Of a DNA stretch of 61,258 bases, positions 24,519 to 36,621 are shown piece by piece. The stretch spans positions 6,190,633 to 6,251,890 of the forward strand of contig NC_069000.1 of the NCBI RefSeq assembly GCF_001194135.2, written 5' to 3'. Below the pieces are notes generated by a model, which searched no databases, had not been told where the DNA came from, and worked only from the letters and a program-made list of their open reading frames with translations. Each line of letters starts with the position of its first letter. The stretch's first letter is position 1. The position numbers and the translations under genes are program-made. The stretch is from Octopus bimaculoides. Taxonomy: Eukaryota.

Positions 24519-25039
24519 GATACGTACAATCATACACACCTACATGACGAACATGTACAACCAATGATTCTCTCCCTTGTAACTCTTTCACATAATTTCT
24601 ATTCCTGTTTCACAAAAGAATAATATTCTGAGTAGTGTATACATTTGTGTGTAAGTGTATGCGTGTGCATATTTATATCAGTGGGTTTGTATGTATATGC
24701 ATATGTGTGTGTGTGTGTGTTTGTGTGTGAAAGTGTGTATGTGCATATATATGTGTGTATGTACGTGTATGCATAGATATATTTGTGTGCACGTATGCGT
24801 GTGAGTCGAATGTAGAAACTGGAGAGAAAGATATTCAATAGATATTTATTCGCTCAGGAGGGGTCGGCGAGGATGGTAATAGTGATGGTTGCTGTAGTGG
24901 TCGTGGTCGTCATTGTGGCGGTGTGGTGATGGTGAGGATGATAGTGATGGTGATGGTAGCTTTGAACTCTTTGGTGTTTTTTAAGTATTCAGTGTGGAGC
25001 TGTACAGAGAAATTTTTTCTTTTGTCTTCAAGAAGCCAT

Positions 25040-25700
25040 AACTAAGATGCGGCCCACAATGCTCTTCCAGGAACCTGTACTCTATTAAAGCGAGGTCGGT
25101 CCTCATTTGCATACTCTGTTTCTCAATCAATAATATCAACGTAGATGACTGACCTTTGTCCTCTACGAGGGTGCAATAATCTCCAGAACATAACATCCGA
25201 TATGGTCTGTTGTTTTGCACGGGAGCTATGACCGGCGAAACCTAACATAAGCGGAGCAACAATAGCAGAAATGAATGGAATGTGTACGAAAATCTCATGC
25301 TTAGCTTTGTGCCCACGCTGTAAGATGTTCCGAGTCTTCATGTGAAGTTTGGTGTAGGTACCATCAAGGTGATATTGAAGCAGTTTCTTCATAGACCAGA
25401 TATCGACTCCATAGAGACGAATGCTGTCTATACACCACCGAAGAAATCCAACCTTACTGAATTTCAGCGTGTCAGGAAGTTTTCCTAATTGTAAGAAAAA
25501 TTCCCTGAGAAGAATAACTACCATGTAATATTGCCAAGTTAATTTTAGTTGGACAAAAAAAATCTTTAAAGCTATTGAGGAGATTGTTAAAGAGGAATTT
25601 GTTCATATGCCTGCACATATTTGATATTTCTAGTTGTTTTTTTTTTTCTCTCTCTCTATTCATCGTATTGAAGTATTGATTCGGGTTATCATACTTCCCT
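25040..25700 (-). pseudogene. Decayed RTE-clade LINE reverse transcriptase C-terminal region
   Basis: ORF track 25123-25524 gives LKFSKVGFLRWCIDSIRLYGVDIWSM..LDGTYTKL..LGFAGHSSR..ISDVMFW, which resembles the RTE thumb pattern LLYGSETW..LDGTYTR..RFAGH. Confidence 0.75.
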
Positions 25701-25719
25701 TTGATCCATTTGAACATGG

Positions 25720-26200
25720 CATTAAATTCGCTGATGCTGTAGGCCGCAGGGACGGTATTGATTTCAGAGCAGGTAAAACTGCGAAGAGCTACGCAGCATT
25801 AATACAAAAATACGTTTAAAGTTGAATACACATGACACACTTAAACTTTCAGAACTAGAGATAAAATCTACTCAAAGTCTTTGTCTCGATATGTCTGGAA
25901 ATTGAAGGAAAACGAAATTACACACATCCCTATAAGCTTGAAGATCATCGAAACTGCAACCACTTGTTCAAGTTAATTAAATTGACTGGATGCACAGAGA
26001 ACACTCTACTCACACCTCCAGTACTATAGATGGAGTCAACTCTACCACTTTGCCTCGGTATGTCTAGAAATTGAAGGATAACTAAATTACAAACCTCGTT
26101 GAAAGCTTGAACATCGTGGAAACTGCAAGCTCTTGTTTAAATGGATTTAAATTTTGGAAATTGTGTCTGACACTGAAGTAAAAAAAGTAATTCCTTAATA
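25720..26200 (+). pseudogene. Decayed Penelope-like GIY-YIG endonuclease fragment, partly duplicated
   Basis: Manual translation across frameshifts and stops gives GIDFRAGKTAKSYAAL / NTFKVEYT*HT*TFRTRDKIYSKSLSRYVWKLKENEI / SLKIIETA. A second copy reads STTLPRYV*KLKDN...IVETA..LNGFKFWKLCLTLK. This fits the recalled PLE pattern YIG..FK.RY..H..SF..T.LS.YVW.LK..W.I..C.LCL.EK. Confidence 0.7.
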
Positions 26201-26674
26201 ACGAACCTCAACCTTTAACCTTGATACACAGGAAAACACGCAGAATTAATCATCTGAGCTTTTTTTTTTTTAATAAAGAAAGATCAGGAAGAAGATTATA
26301 ATATAACTGGACTAGTAAGAGATAAGATTATGTCAGTGATAACTGAATACAGTAAATTGTCTCGGATTAGGATTAATACTTAATCCAGAGATTAAGTACT
26401 GTTGAACTATTCCTTTCTCAATGAGTTAATATTACAATATCTTTCACTCCTCCCTCCCGCCATTTCGTGTTTCCCTTTCTTTCCCCCACCTCTCTCTCTC
26501 TCTCTCTCGTTCTCTGTTTCTCTTTCTCTCTACATATATACTTATAGATAGATAGATACATACATACATACATACATACATACATACATAGACAGGTTTA
26601 GTAATACAAAGGCACAAACAGGAAAATAGAACTCAAAAGATGGATATATATATATACATCTTTTATTCTTACTC

Positions 26675-26760
<86 letters not shown>

Positions 26761-26859
26761 GACAGACAGACAGACAGATAGACAGGTAGATAGATACCTA
26801 CATACATATATGCACAAATTGATAAATAGTTATAGGTTTATATATATATAAATTTTAAA

Positions 26860-27200
26860 AATGGAACAAGAACGCAACAGACGACAATAAAACATGTGGA
26901 CAGATGGACGATACAAACACGGACAGGAAAACAATAAAAAGACGGATAGAAGAAAACAAGAAGGGGTCATTCGTAGCTTCCTCTCATCAGCCAAGTTGCC
27001 AAATTATCCTTACGGTGCATGCAGGCGAGTATTTATGCGAGCCAATAATGGACCGTTCACAGCTCTCTTTCCTGCAATAGTTTCGTTTTCTTGGACAGGA
27101 GTCATATTCTTTCAAAATAACCTTCACAGCCTTTTCCAAAGACGTTTCATTTCTCCATTCTTCGTTCTTCCTCTCCTTCCCAACGACCAAATTCTTCAAC
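26860..27200. repeat. Dispersed repeat family E (possibly Penelope-derived)
   Basis: AATGGAACAAGAACGCA..AATAAAACAT..GGACAGATGGACGATACA..GGGTCATTCGT..TCATCAG.CAAGTT is shared with 10741-10892. The classification is a guess. Confidence 0.6.
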
Positions 27201-27432
27201 GCTAAACCACCACTTGTGTGTGTTTGTTTTGTCTATTTTTCTTTTGTTTTGTTTAGTGGGTTTTGTTGTTATTTTCTTTGCATCGTTTGCTCTTTGAAAG
27301 ACCAGATCGATACACATAGCCGCTGGTCAAACTCAATCGTATCTTTTCTTTTGATAGCACACACAATCGAACACCTTCTGTCTTTCCATCCACCTCTCTC
27401 TCTTTCTCTCTCTCTTTCTTTCTCTCTCTATC

Positions 27433-27478
<46 letters not shown>

Positions 27479-28074
27479 GTTTCTTTCTGTCGTTCTCTCT
27501 ATCTTTCCGCTAAACCTTTTGGATTACTAAACAATTGACCTCCTGTTAATCTCACCACGCCCTCTGTTGGCCGACACCAACTTCACTATTGACTAAAGAC
27601 GTTATAAAACTGACTTCTTGATTGTCTATCAGAAGGTAAACAACGTTAAGCTACGATACAATGAGAACAGCTTTAAGTGTCGTGGAAAGAAAGGTCTTAC
27701 ATGCGCGCACGCGTATATATATATGTGTGTGTCTGTGTGTGTGTATATATATATATATTATATATNNNNNNNNNNNNNNNNNNNNNNNNNNNNNNNNNNN
27801 NNNNNNNNNNNNNNNNNNNNNNNNNNNNNNNNNNNNNNNNNNNNNNNNNNNNNNNNNNNNNNNNNNNNNNNNNNNNNNNNNNNNNNNNNNNNNNNNNNNN
27901 NNNNNNNNNNNNNNNNNNNNNNNNNNNNNNNNNNNNNNNNNNNNNNNNNNNNNNNNNNNNNNNNNNNNNNNNNNNNNNNNNNNNNNNNNNNNNNNNNNNN
28001 NNNNNNNNNNNNNNNNNNNNNNNATTTGTGTGTGTGTGTGTGTGTGTGTATACATACACACACATATATATAAT

Positions 28075-28160
<86 letters not shown>

Positions 28161-28212
28161 TAGATAGATTTTCCTGTCCGTCTTTGAATCGTTTATCTGT
28201 TCGAACGTTTAT

Positions 28213-28430
28213 CTGGCAGAAACGTTAGCAAGCTGGGCGAAATGCTTAGCGGTATTTCGTCTGCCGTTACGTTCTGAGTTCAAATTCCACCGAGGTCGAC
28301 TTTGCCTTTCATCCTTTCGTGGTCGATAAATTAAGTACCAGTTACGCACTGGGGACGATGTAATCGACTTAATCCCTTTGTCTGTCATTATTTGTCCCCT
28401 CTGTATTTAACTCCTTGTGGGCAGTAAAGA
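28213..28430 (+). mobile_element. tRNA-derived SINE family B
   Basis: CTGGCAGAAACGTTAGC (A-box-like), GAGTTCAAATTCC (B box), and a central GTCGACTTTGCCTTTCATCCTTTCG.GGTCGATAAATTAAGTACCAG block. The block resembles a deeply conserved SINE central domain (Meta- or Nin-type; assignment unverified). Confidence 0.85.
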
Positions 28431-28563
28431 AATGTGTGTGTGTGTGTGTACACTCATACATACAATGTATATATAAACATGTACGTTTACATACACTCAC
28501 AAACATACGCATGCCTACAGACATACATACATACAGATACATATATTCACATTCCTTCACAGT

Positions 28564-28615
<52 letters not shown>

Positions 28616-29319
28616 TGCATACACACACACGTGTATATTGTATACATATGTAGTGTGTGTGCGCGCATGTGTGTGTGTGTACACATATATGTCTATAAAC
28701 GAATGTAGAAGTGTAGTTTATCTTGTGTGTTGTTCAGTGAAACTTTGTAAATGATTGATGAATGATAAAAGGTTATCATCACACATGGACTTTTAGGATT
28801 TCAGACTTCTTACGGAATAAATTATTCAAGATATGTGCTGGCATCGAATACTCGCTGGTCTGATTCAGCAATCGATTCGCATGCGCGCGGGCGCAGCCAC
28901 ACACACACACACACACACACACATGCACAGATAATAGATAAGTATGTATCAATGATGATCCATGTATGAATCTAGAAAGATGTGCATACAATACATACAT
29001 ATATGTATATATATATATATANNNNNNNNNNNNNNNNNNNNNNNNNNNNNNNNNNNNNNNNNNNNNNNNNNNNNNNNNNNNNNNNNNNNNNNNNNNNNNN
29101 NNNNNNNNNNNNNNNNNNNNNNNNNNNNNNNNNNNNNNNNNNNNNNNNNNNNNNNNNNNNNNNNNNNNNNNNNNNNNNNNNNNNNNNNNNNNNNNNNNNN
29201 NNNNNNNNNNNNNNNNNNNNNNNNNNNNNNNNNNNNNNNNNNNNNNNNNNNNNNNNNNNNNNNNNNNNNNNNNNNNNNNNNNNNNNNNNNNNNNNNNNNN
29301 NNNNNNNNNNNNNNNNNNN

Positions 29320-29497
29320 CATCGCTTGACAACCGATGCAGGAGTGTTTACGTCCCCGTAACTTAGCGGTTCGGCAAAAAGAAACCGATAGAATAAGTAC
29401 TAGGCTTACAAAGAATAAGTCCTGAGATCGATTTGCTCGACTAAAGGTGGTGCTCCAGCTTGGCCGCAGTCAAATGACTGAAATAAGTAAAAGAGTA
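29320..29497 (+). mobile_element. SINE family A 3' tail module
   Basis: ATCGCTTGACAACCGATG...TTAGCGGTTCGGCAAAA...GCCGCAGTCAAATGACTGAAATAAGTAAAAGAG. The same module is at 41625-41800(-), 44796-45015(-), 54770-54860(-), 56790-56935(-) and 60650-60860(+). Confidence 0.8.
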
Positions 29498-29498
29498 A

Positions 29499-29625
29499 GA
29501 CACCTGATGAAGGTTGGAGGGTATATCAGCCGAAACATTGTGTTAACAACAAACAAGATGAGGACAAATATCCGTCAAATGTAAATAATGTACATAATTC
29601 CTCATCTCTTAAATATAGAACTGTA
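29499..29625 (+). mobile_element. HHR family-1 element with intact core
   Basis: Reads GACAC-CTGATGA-a-GGTTG-gagggtatat-CAGCC-GAAAC-ATT-GTGTT, then AGATGAGGA...TCCTCATCT (9-bp inverted repeat), ending in TAGAACTGTA. Stem III is mutated from ACGT to ACAT. Confidence 0.8.
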
Positions 29626-30406
29626 TTAGTTGAAATCTGGTTGTGATATATTTCAACTTCTAAATGCAAATTGACTGCAGTTGTCATGGAGAAAAAAATT
29701 CACTGTTATGGTAAGAGGTGTATCTACCTGTATCTACCAAGTGTTGCCCTCTATCGGATTCTCAGATGTAGCACTTCTGTCTTTTTAGCCTTTCTCAGTG
29801 GAAAATAGAAAAGAGAGGTAACTCTGAGCAGATTTAACGCCGTAGCTTTAACTAAAATACAGTCCACAACATTGAGTTGCGCTATTTGACCGCCTGTGCG
29901 GCATATATTTAGTAATATCAGAAGCAAGCAGTGATTAGGCATAATTTAAGTTAGATGAAATATGTTTGTGACTTATTTGAAAGTCTGAAGGCAAATTCAC
30001 TGCATCTACCGTGTTTGGTTGTTTAGAGAAATTCTTTCTGACCTTCCTATTCCCTGAGTTCAAATCATTTCCTCTCAACGTAAACCTAATGTATTCTGTT
30101 TTTGTCTCGTCTTCGTGTTTATGTTTGTTTATTTTTGCACTGTGTGTACGTACGTTCGTATGTATGTATGTATGTATGTATGTATGTATGTGTATGTACG
30201 TATGTTCGCATGTTTTATACATGACGTATGTGCAAGTGTATGCGTGTATATAGATCTATAAACGTATATGTGTATGTTACATTTATGCTTTTACGCGTGT
30301 ACACACATAAATAAATATTTATAGGTATATGTTCGTATATATGTATGTGTACATGTATATATATATATATATACGCATACACATTTATATATGTTACGTG
30401 TATGTA

Positions 30407-30446
<40 letters not shown>

Positions 30447-31055
30447 NNNNNNNNNNNNNNNNNNNNNNNNNNNNNNNNNNNNNNNNNNNNNNNNNNNNNN
30501 NNNNNNNNNNNNNNNNNNNNNNNNNNNNNNNNNNNNNNNNNNNNNNNNNNNNNNNNNNNNNNNNNNNNNNNNNNNNNNNNNNNNNNNNNNNNNNNNNNNN
30601 NNNNNNNNNNNNNNNNNNNNNNNNNNNNNNNNNNNNNNNNNNNNNNNNNNNNNNNNNNNNNNNNNNNNNNNNNNNNNNNNNNNNNNNNNNNNNNNNNNNN
30701 NNNNNNNNNNNNNNNNNNNNNNNNNNNNNNNNNNNNNNNNNNNNNNNNNNNNNNNNNNNNNNNNNNNNNNNNNNNNNNNNNNNNNNNNNNNNNNNNNNNN
30801 NNNNNNNNNNNNNNNNNNNNNNNNNNNNNNNNNNNNNNNNNNNNNNNNNNNNNNNNNNNNNNNNNNNNNNNNNNNNNNNNNNNNNNNNNNNNNNNNNNNN
30901 NNNNNNNNNNNNNNNNNNNNNNNNNNNNNNNNNNNNNNNNNNNNNNNNNNNNNNNNNNNNNNNNNNNNNNNNNNNNNNNNNNNNNNNNNNNNNNNNNNNN
31001 NNNNNNNNNNNNNNNNNNNNNNNNNNNNNNNNNNNNNNNNNNNNNNNNNNNNNNN

Positions 31056-31100
<45 letters not shown>

Positions 31101-33416
31101 CACATAGACGTGGGTTGTCCCTAAAGTAATGCAAAAGCGAATATAACATTTTTATTAACTGGCAAAGGTCTCTCAAAGTACACGTGTAGGTAGAGTAACA
31201 CTATAGCAACGGTTCTCAACTGGGATGCACATAACCTTTGGGGGTCCGTATGAGATTTTATTGTTAAAGTTTATGTGCAGTAAATTAGTTAAACTTCTGC
31301 AATACCCAAAATATTTTAACAGGTCTTTCATACAATTCCTCATGATATCTATAATACATTAAAAGTGAGCTTGAATCTTGCATGCTTGCTTGCAATATTA
31401 CTCAGCCAAACTGACACATAATGGGGAAAATACTATGAATTAAGTCCCTGTGAAATGTAAATACAAACGGAATAAAACAAGTTTCGCGTAAATTGGACAA
31501 GTGGCTGTTGAGATATTAGGGGTTTTCGGACTATAAATACCCAAAACGGTGCGTAATGGGAAAATATTCCGAAAATAACTTAATCCTGAAAGGGAAGAAA
31601 CTCTTACCTTTTGATTAGACAATGACTTGACAATGAAAAAATGCGATTTGATTTTTACAGTAAATGTTTCTATTTTCACTTTTGTTAAACACAATATTTT
31701 AATCATTTAGAAATATTTCTCAATGAATGTGATTTCAAAAATGTAAGTTGTTTGTTCAGTAAGTTCTTTATATTTTAGCTTTCTTTTAATAGACATTTTA
31801 ATGTTTTTTTTTAAAATTATTTTCAAGTGAATATCATTACAAAAATTTCTTTTGGCATATTTAAAAAATATTTTAAAATAAAAATTACTTTAAAAACTGA
31901 CCTCACCTGAGCTGGTGCCAAGTAAAAAGCACTCAGTCCACTCTATGGGGTGGTTGGTGATAGGAAGGGCATCCAGCCATAAAATCCCTGCCAAAACAGA
32001 CAGCGAAGCATGGTGCAGTCATGATGATGATGATGGTGGTGGTGGTTTAACGGGGTGATCAGAATACTAAAAAGGTTAAATACTTAACAAGACAGAAACA
32101 ACCAAAAGTGAGGAATATATTTTATTTCCATTCTCCAATGTTGGAAGAGAAGCACCAATGATTCGGTAGAAAAATTTGGATGAGGAAACATTTAAAGAAA
32201 AAAAACAACAATAAAAATTTACAAAAATTTATTTTTATTTGTTTTTATATATTTTTCAAGGCTAAGTCTGAGAAGGAAGGGGACATTCTGGAAGCCCGTG
32301 AGATGGGATTTGGGTAAAGGTAAGAAGAAACCACGACTGAAGGGTTGATTCAGAAGGGTTCAGAGATCAAGGTACTGACCGGGGTCAGATTGCACAAATG
32401 GTCTGAATACTTACCTCAGAGTGGACACTCCCAACGATACCCAAGGGAGGACAGGGGATAGGAACTCACAAACGTGATAGACCAAATCAACCACAGGGTG
32501 GACAGTGGATTATAATAAACTAGGTGGATTGTAATAAAACCAGTCTCCAACAAATCGGACGATTATTTTTGTTAAGAAAATTCTTTATGAATATCCACAC
32601 TACTTTTGTAAGATTATTTTCTTTGATGCCCCTCTATANNNNNNNNNNNNNNNNNNNNNNNNNNNNNNNNNNNNNNNNNNNNNNNNNNNNNNNNNNNNNN
32701 NNNNNNNNNNNNNNNNNNNNNNNNNNNNNNNNNNNNNNNNNNNNNNNNNNNNNNNNNNNNNNNNNNNNNNNNNNNNNNNNNNNNNNNNNNNNNNNNNNNN
32801 NNNNNNNNNNNNNNNNNNNNNNNNNNNNNNNNNNNNNNNNNNNNNNNNNNNNNNNNNNNNNNNNNNNNNNNNNNNNNNNNNNNNNNNNNNNNNNNNNNNN
32901 NNNNNNNNNNNNNNNNNNNNNNNNNNNNNNNNNNNNNNNNNNNNNNNNNNNNNNNNNNNNNNNNNNNNNNNNNNNNNNNNNNNNNNNNNNNNNNNNNNNN
33001 NNNNNNNNNNNNNNNNNNNNNNNNNNNNNNNNNNNNNNNNNNNNNNNNNNNNNNNNNNNNNNNNNNNNNNNNNNNNNNNNNNNNNNNNNNNNNNNNNNNN
33101 NNNNNNNNNNNNNNNNNNNNNNNNNNNNNNNNNNNNNNNNNNNNNNNNNNNNNNNNNNNNNNNNNNNNNNNNNNNNNNNNNNNNNNNNNNNNNNNNNNNN
33201 NNNNNNNNNNNNNNNNNNNNNNNNNNNNNNNNNNNNNNNNNNNNNNNNNNNNNNNNNNNNNNNNNNNNNNNNNNNNNACGGAGAGGGGTGGGGACAGAGG
33301 GGTGGGACGGAGAGGGAGAAAGAGTGAGAGAGAGAGGGGAGAGAGAGACACACACACACACACAGAAAGAGAGGAAAGAGAGAGAGAGAAAGAGAAAAAC
33401 TGAGAACGGGAGTAAG

Positions 33417-33512
33417 AGAGACACAGAAAGAGAGAGACACACAGAAAGAGAGAGACACACAGAAAGAGAGAGACAGACAGAAAGAGAGAGACACACAGAA
33501 AGAGAGAGAGAG
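33417..33512. repeat. 18-bp tandem repeat GACACACAGAAAGAGAGA
   Basis: About five copies in a GA-rich tract. Confidence 0.85.
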
Positions 33513-33976
33513 AGAGAGAAAGAGAAACCTGAGAAAGGGAATAAGAGAGAGAAAGAAGAGAGAGAGAGAAAGAAGAGAGAGAGAGAAAGAAGAGAGAGAG
33601 AGAAAGAAGAGAGAGAGAGAATGAATGAGTGCCAAGGTAAATTTCTTAATTGCCAAGAACAGTTGTTAAATAATAATAATCATCATCATCATCATTAGCA
33701 TCATCATAATCATCATCATCATCATCATCATCATCATTAGCATCCTCATTATCATCGTCATCAACATACACGTTTTCATCATTTTCAACTACAGCACCAT
33801 CATTATGGTGCCAATTATGATTCTGGTAGGGATGTAGTGGGGGCGGGGTGATACAGCAGCAATAACTGTAGTGGTAGCAGCAGCAGTATGCTGATGACGA
33901 CGACGATGATGATGATGATGACGACGACAACAACAATTATTATTATTATTATTATCATCATCATCATTATTATTAC

Positions 33977-34175
33977 GTGAGGACGTATGGCTTAGTGATT
34001 AGGGTGTTGCACCCACGATCGCGAGATCATGGTTTCAATCCCTACGCCGGGTGGCGTGTTGTGTTCTTGTGCAAAACACTTCATTTCACATAGCTCTGTG
34101 ATCCCTTCGACACCGACAACATCGATTTGATGGAGGGCAGCAAGCTAATGTACGCCACATGCATTTCATCACTAG
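33977..34175 (+). mobile_element. SINE family C head and core, diverged
   Basis: TGGCTTAGTGATTAG...GGTTTCAATCCC...GTGTTGTGTTCTTGTGCAAAACACTTCATTTCAC. A similar copy is at 56086-56222(+). Confidence 0.65.
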
Positions 34176-34218
34176 AAACAAAATCATTTGTTCTGGTTGT
34201 CCAGCAAAAGCTGGACAC

Positions 34219-34443
34219 TCGTGGCTGGGTGCTATGAAGCTTGCTTCACAACCACATGGTTCCGGGTTCAGTCCCACTGCGTGGCACCTTGGGCAAGTGT
34301 CTTCTACTATAGCCTCGGGCCGACCAAAGCCTTGTCAGTGGATTTGATTGACGGAAACTGAAAGAAGCTTGTCATATGTGTGTGTGTTAANNNNNNNNNN
34401 AGCTTGTCATATGTGTGTGTGTTAATGTGTATTTGTGTGTGTT

Positions 34444-34487
<44 letters not shown>

Positions 34488-34585
34488 TACCCCACCTCCC
34501 ATTGCTTGACAACCGATGTTGGTGTGTTTATGTCCCCGTAACTTATCAGCTCGTCAAAAGAGACCCATAGAATAAGTACTAGACC
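34219..34585 (+). mobile_element. SINE family A with tail
   Basis: Head and body at 34219-34375, then (TG)n, then tail at 34485-34585. Confidence 0.85.
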
Positions 34586-34705
34586 TTACTAATTTCAATC
34601 ATAATAAATTGGTTGAAATTAAAATATTTTTTTTTACTTTTTGGTCAGAAGGGAAGGTGAAGTGTAAGACTTGTTACAACGCATCTCCTCGCCCCCACTC
34701 AATAC

Positions 34706-35095
34706 AGATACCCATGTTCCCATGTGGATATTTAGATACCTACATTTTCATGTGGAAATATAGACACCCATGTTCCCATGTGGATATTTAGATACCTACA
34801 TTTTCATGTGGAAATATAGACACCCATGTTCCCATGTGGATATTTAGATACCTACATTTTCATGTGGAAATATAGACACCCATGTCTCCATGTGGATATT
34901 TATACAGCTTCCATTCAGTGTAGGAATGTAGACATCCATGTTTCCATGTGGATATTCGGAGATGTACGTCTCCATGTAGAAGCACAGACACCCTTTTCTC
35001 TATGTGGTTGTTTAGACAGCAATAAATCCAAGACGATATGTAAACAGCTACGTCTCCATGTGGAAATACAGGTACACATGTTTCCATGTGGATAA
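34706..35095. repeat. 56-bp minisatellite made of two ~28-bp CATGTGGA subunits
   Basis: Units start at 34706, 34762, 34818 and 34874, then decay to about 35095. Confidence 0.9.
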
Positions 35096-35290
35096 TTTAC
35101 ACAGCTCTATGTTATAATTTATTTCCGCTTAATGCTTTTCCTTATAAGGTGTTGTTATGGGAATTCCTGCCTTGCAGAAAGAATTACCATTTCAGGTGGT
35201 TAAATAAATATTCCAGTATTCTGAAAAACCTCTTCTTGTCTCCTCCAAGTGGTAAATTATCTGCAAAAGAAACAATAATAATAATAATAA

Positions 35291-35321
<31 letters not shown>

Positions 35322-35374
35322 AAGAAGAATAGCACAATATATATATATATATACATACATAGTGACACGTAAAA

Positions 35375-35570
35375 GCACCCAAGCTAGTGACATGTAAAAG
35401 GCACCCACTACACTCTTGAAGTGGTTGGCATTAAGAAAGGCATCCAGCTGTAGAAATGTTGTCTGATGAGACAGGAACTTGGTACAGGTTTCTGCCTGGC
35501 TGGCTCCTGTCAAACCGTCCCACCCACGCGAGCATGGAAGGTAGACGTTAAACAATGATGATGATGATGA
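35375..35570 (+). mobile_element. Retroposon 3'-end family D ending in (GAT)n
   Basis: GTAAAAG..CACCCACTACACTC..GTGGTTGGCATTAAGAAAGGGCATCCAGCTGTAGAAA...GCATGGAAGGTAGACGTTAAAC(GAT)n. Other copies are at 31908-32030(+) and, as an end only, 38470-38515(-). Confidence 0.7.
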
Positions 35571-35633
35571 TACACACACACACACACACACATATATATG
35601 TGGAACTTGGAATTTAAAGATGATGATTGTGTA

Positions 35634-35686
<53 letters not shown>

Positions 35687-36328
35687 NNNNNNNNNNNNNN
35701 NNNNNNNNNNNNNNNNNNNNNNNNNNNNNNNNNNNNNNNNNNNNNNNNNNNNNNNNNNNNNNNNNNNNNNNNNNNNNNNNNNNNNNNNNNNNNNNNNNNN
35801 NNNNNNNNNNNNNNNNNNNNNNNNNNNNNNNNNNNNNNNNNNNNNNNNNNNNNNNNNNNNNNNNNNNNNNNNNNNNNNNNNNNNNNNNNNNNNNNNNNNN
35901 NNNNNNNNNNNNNNNNNNNNNNNNNNNNNNNNNNNNNNNNNNNNNNNNNNNNNNNNNNNNNNNNNNNNNNNNNNNNNNNNNNNNNNNNNNNNNNNNNNNN
36001 NNNNNNNNNNNNNNNNNNNNNNNNNNNNNNNNNNNNNNNNNNNNNNNNNNNNNNNNNNNNNNNNNNNNNNNNNNNNNNNNNNNNNNNNNNNNNNNNNNNN
36101 NNNNNNNNNNNNNNNNNNNNNNNNNNNNNNNNNNNNNNNNNNNNNNNNNNNNNNNNNNNNNNNNNNNNNNNNNNNNNNNNNNNNNNNNNNNNNNNNNNNN
36201 NNNNNNNNNNNNNNNNNNNNNNNNNNNNNNNNNNNNNNNNNNNNNNNNNNNNNNNNNNNNNNNNNNNNNNNNNNNNNNNNNNNNNNNNNNNNNNNNNNNN
36301 NNNNNNNNNNNNNNNNNNNNTATGTATA

Positions 36329-36417
36329 TACGATGGGCTTCTTTCAGTTTCCATCCATCAGATCCACTCACAAGGCTTTGGTCGGTCCGAGGCTATAGTA
36401 AAAGACACTTGCCCAAT
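36329..36417 (-). mobile_element. SINE family A body fragment
   Basis: TACGATGGGCTTCTTTCAGTTTCC...CTTGCCCAA, joined directly to the R4 CCHC fragment. Confidence 0.8.
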
Positions 36418-36552
36418 GTTGCAAAATGTCCAATGGACAAGCCTGGCTATACTGTCGTTGCGTCTCTTATATTCCTTCTGGGCTAGTAGCGTACATTGGT
36501 GGCTGGTAATATGCCATATGGCTTCACCGTTTTATCCATAGATTCTGCACTT
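36418..36552 (-). pseudogene. Decayed R4-clade CCHC zinc-knuckle fragment
   Basis: Minus strand reads DKCRIYG*NGEAIWHITSHQCTLLAQKEYKRRNDSIARLVHWTFC, resembling CR.C...E.I.HI..C..LAQ.EYK.RHD..A..VHW..C. Confidence 0.7.
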
Positions 36553-36590
36553 ATCACTTTCTGTTGTGATTATTATTATTATTATTATTA

Positions 36591-36621
<31 letters not shown>

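Noticed and set aside
29799-29817. 19-nt micro-exon candidate (WKIEKR), and similar candidates at about 12492-12554 and 55680-55705
   Set aside because: Splice-like signals of this strength occur often by chance and nothing else supports them.
32415-32520. Minus-strand exon with consensus donor GAG|GTAAGTA
   Set aside because: There is no acceptor with a pyrimidine tract, and there is an in-frame stop upstream.
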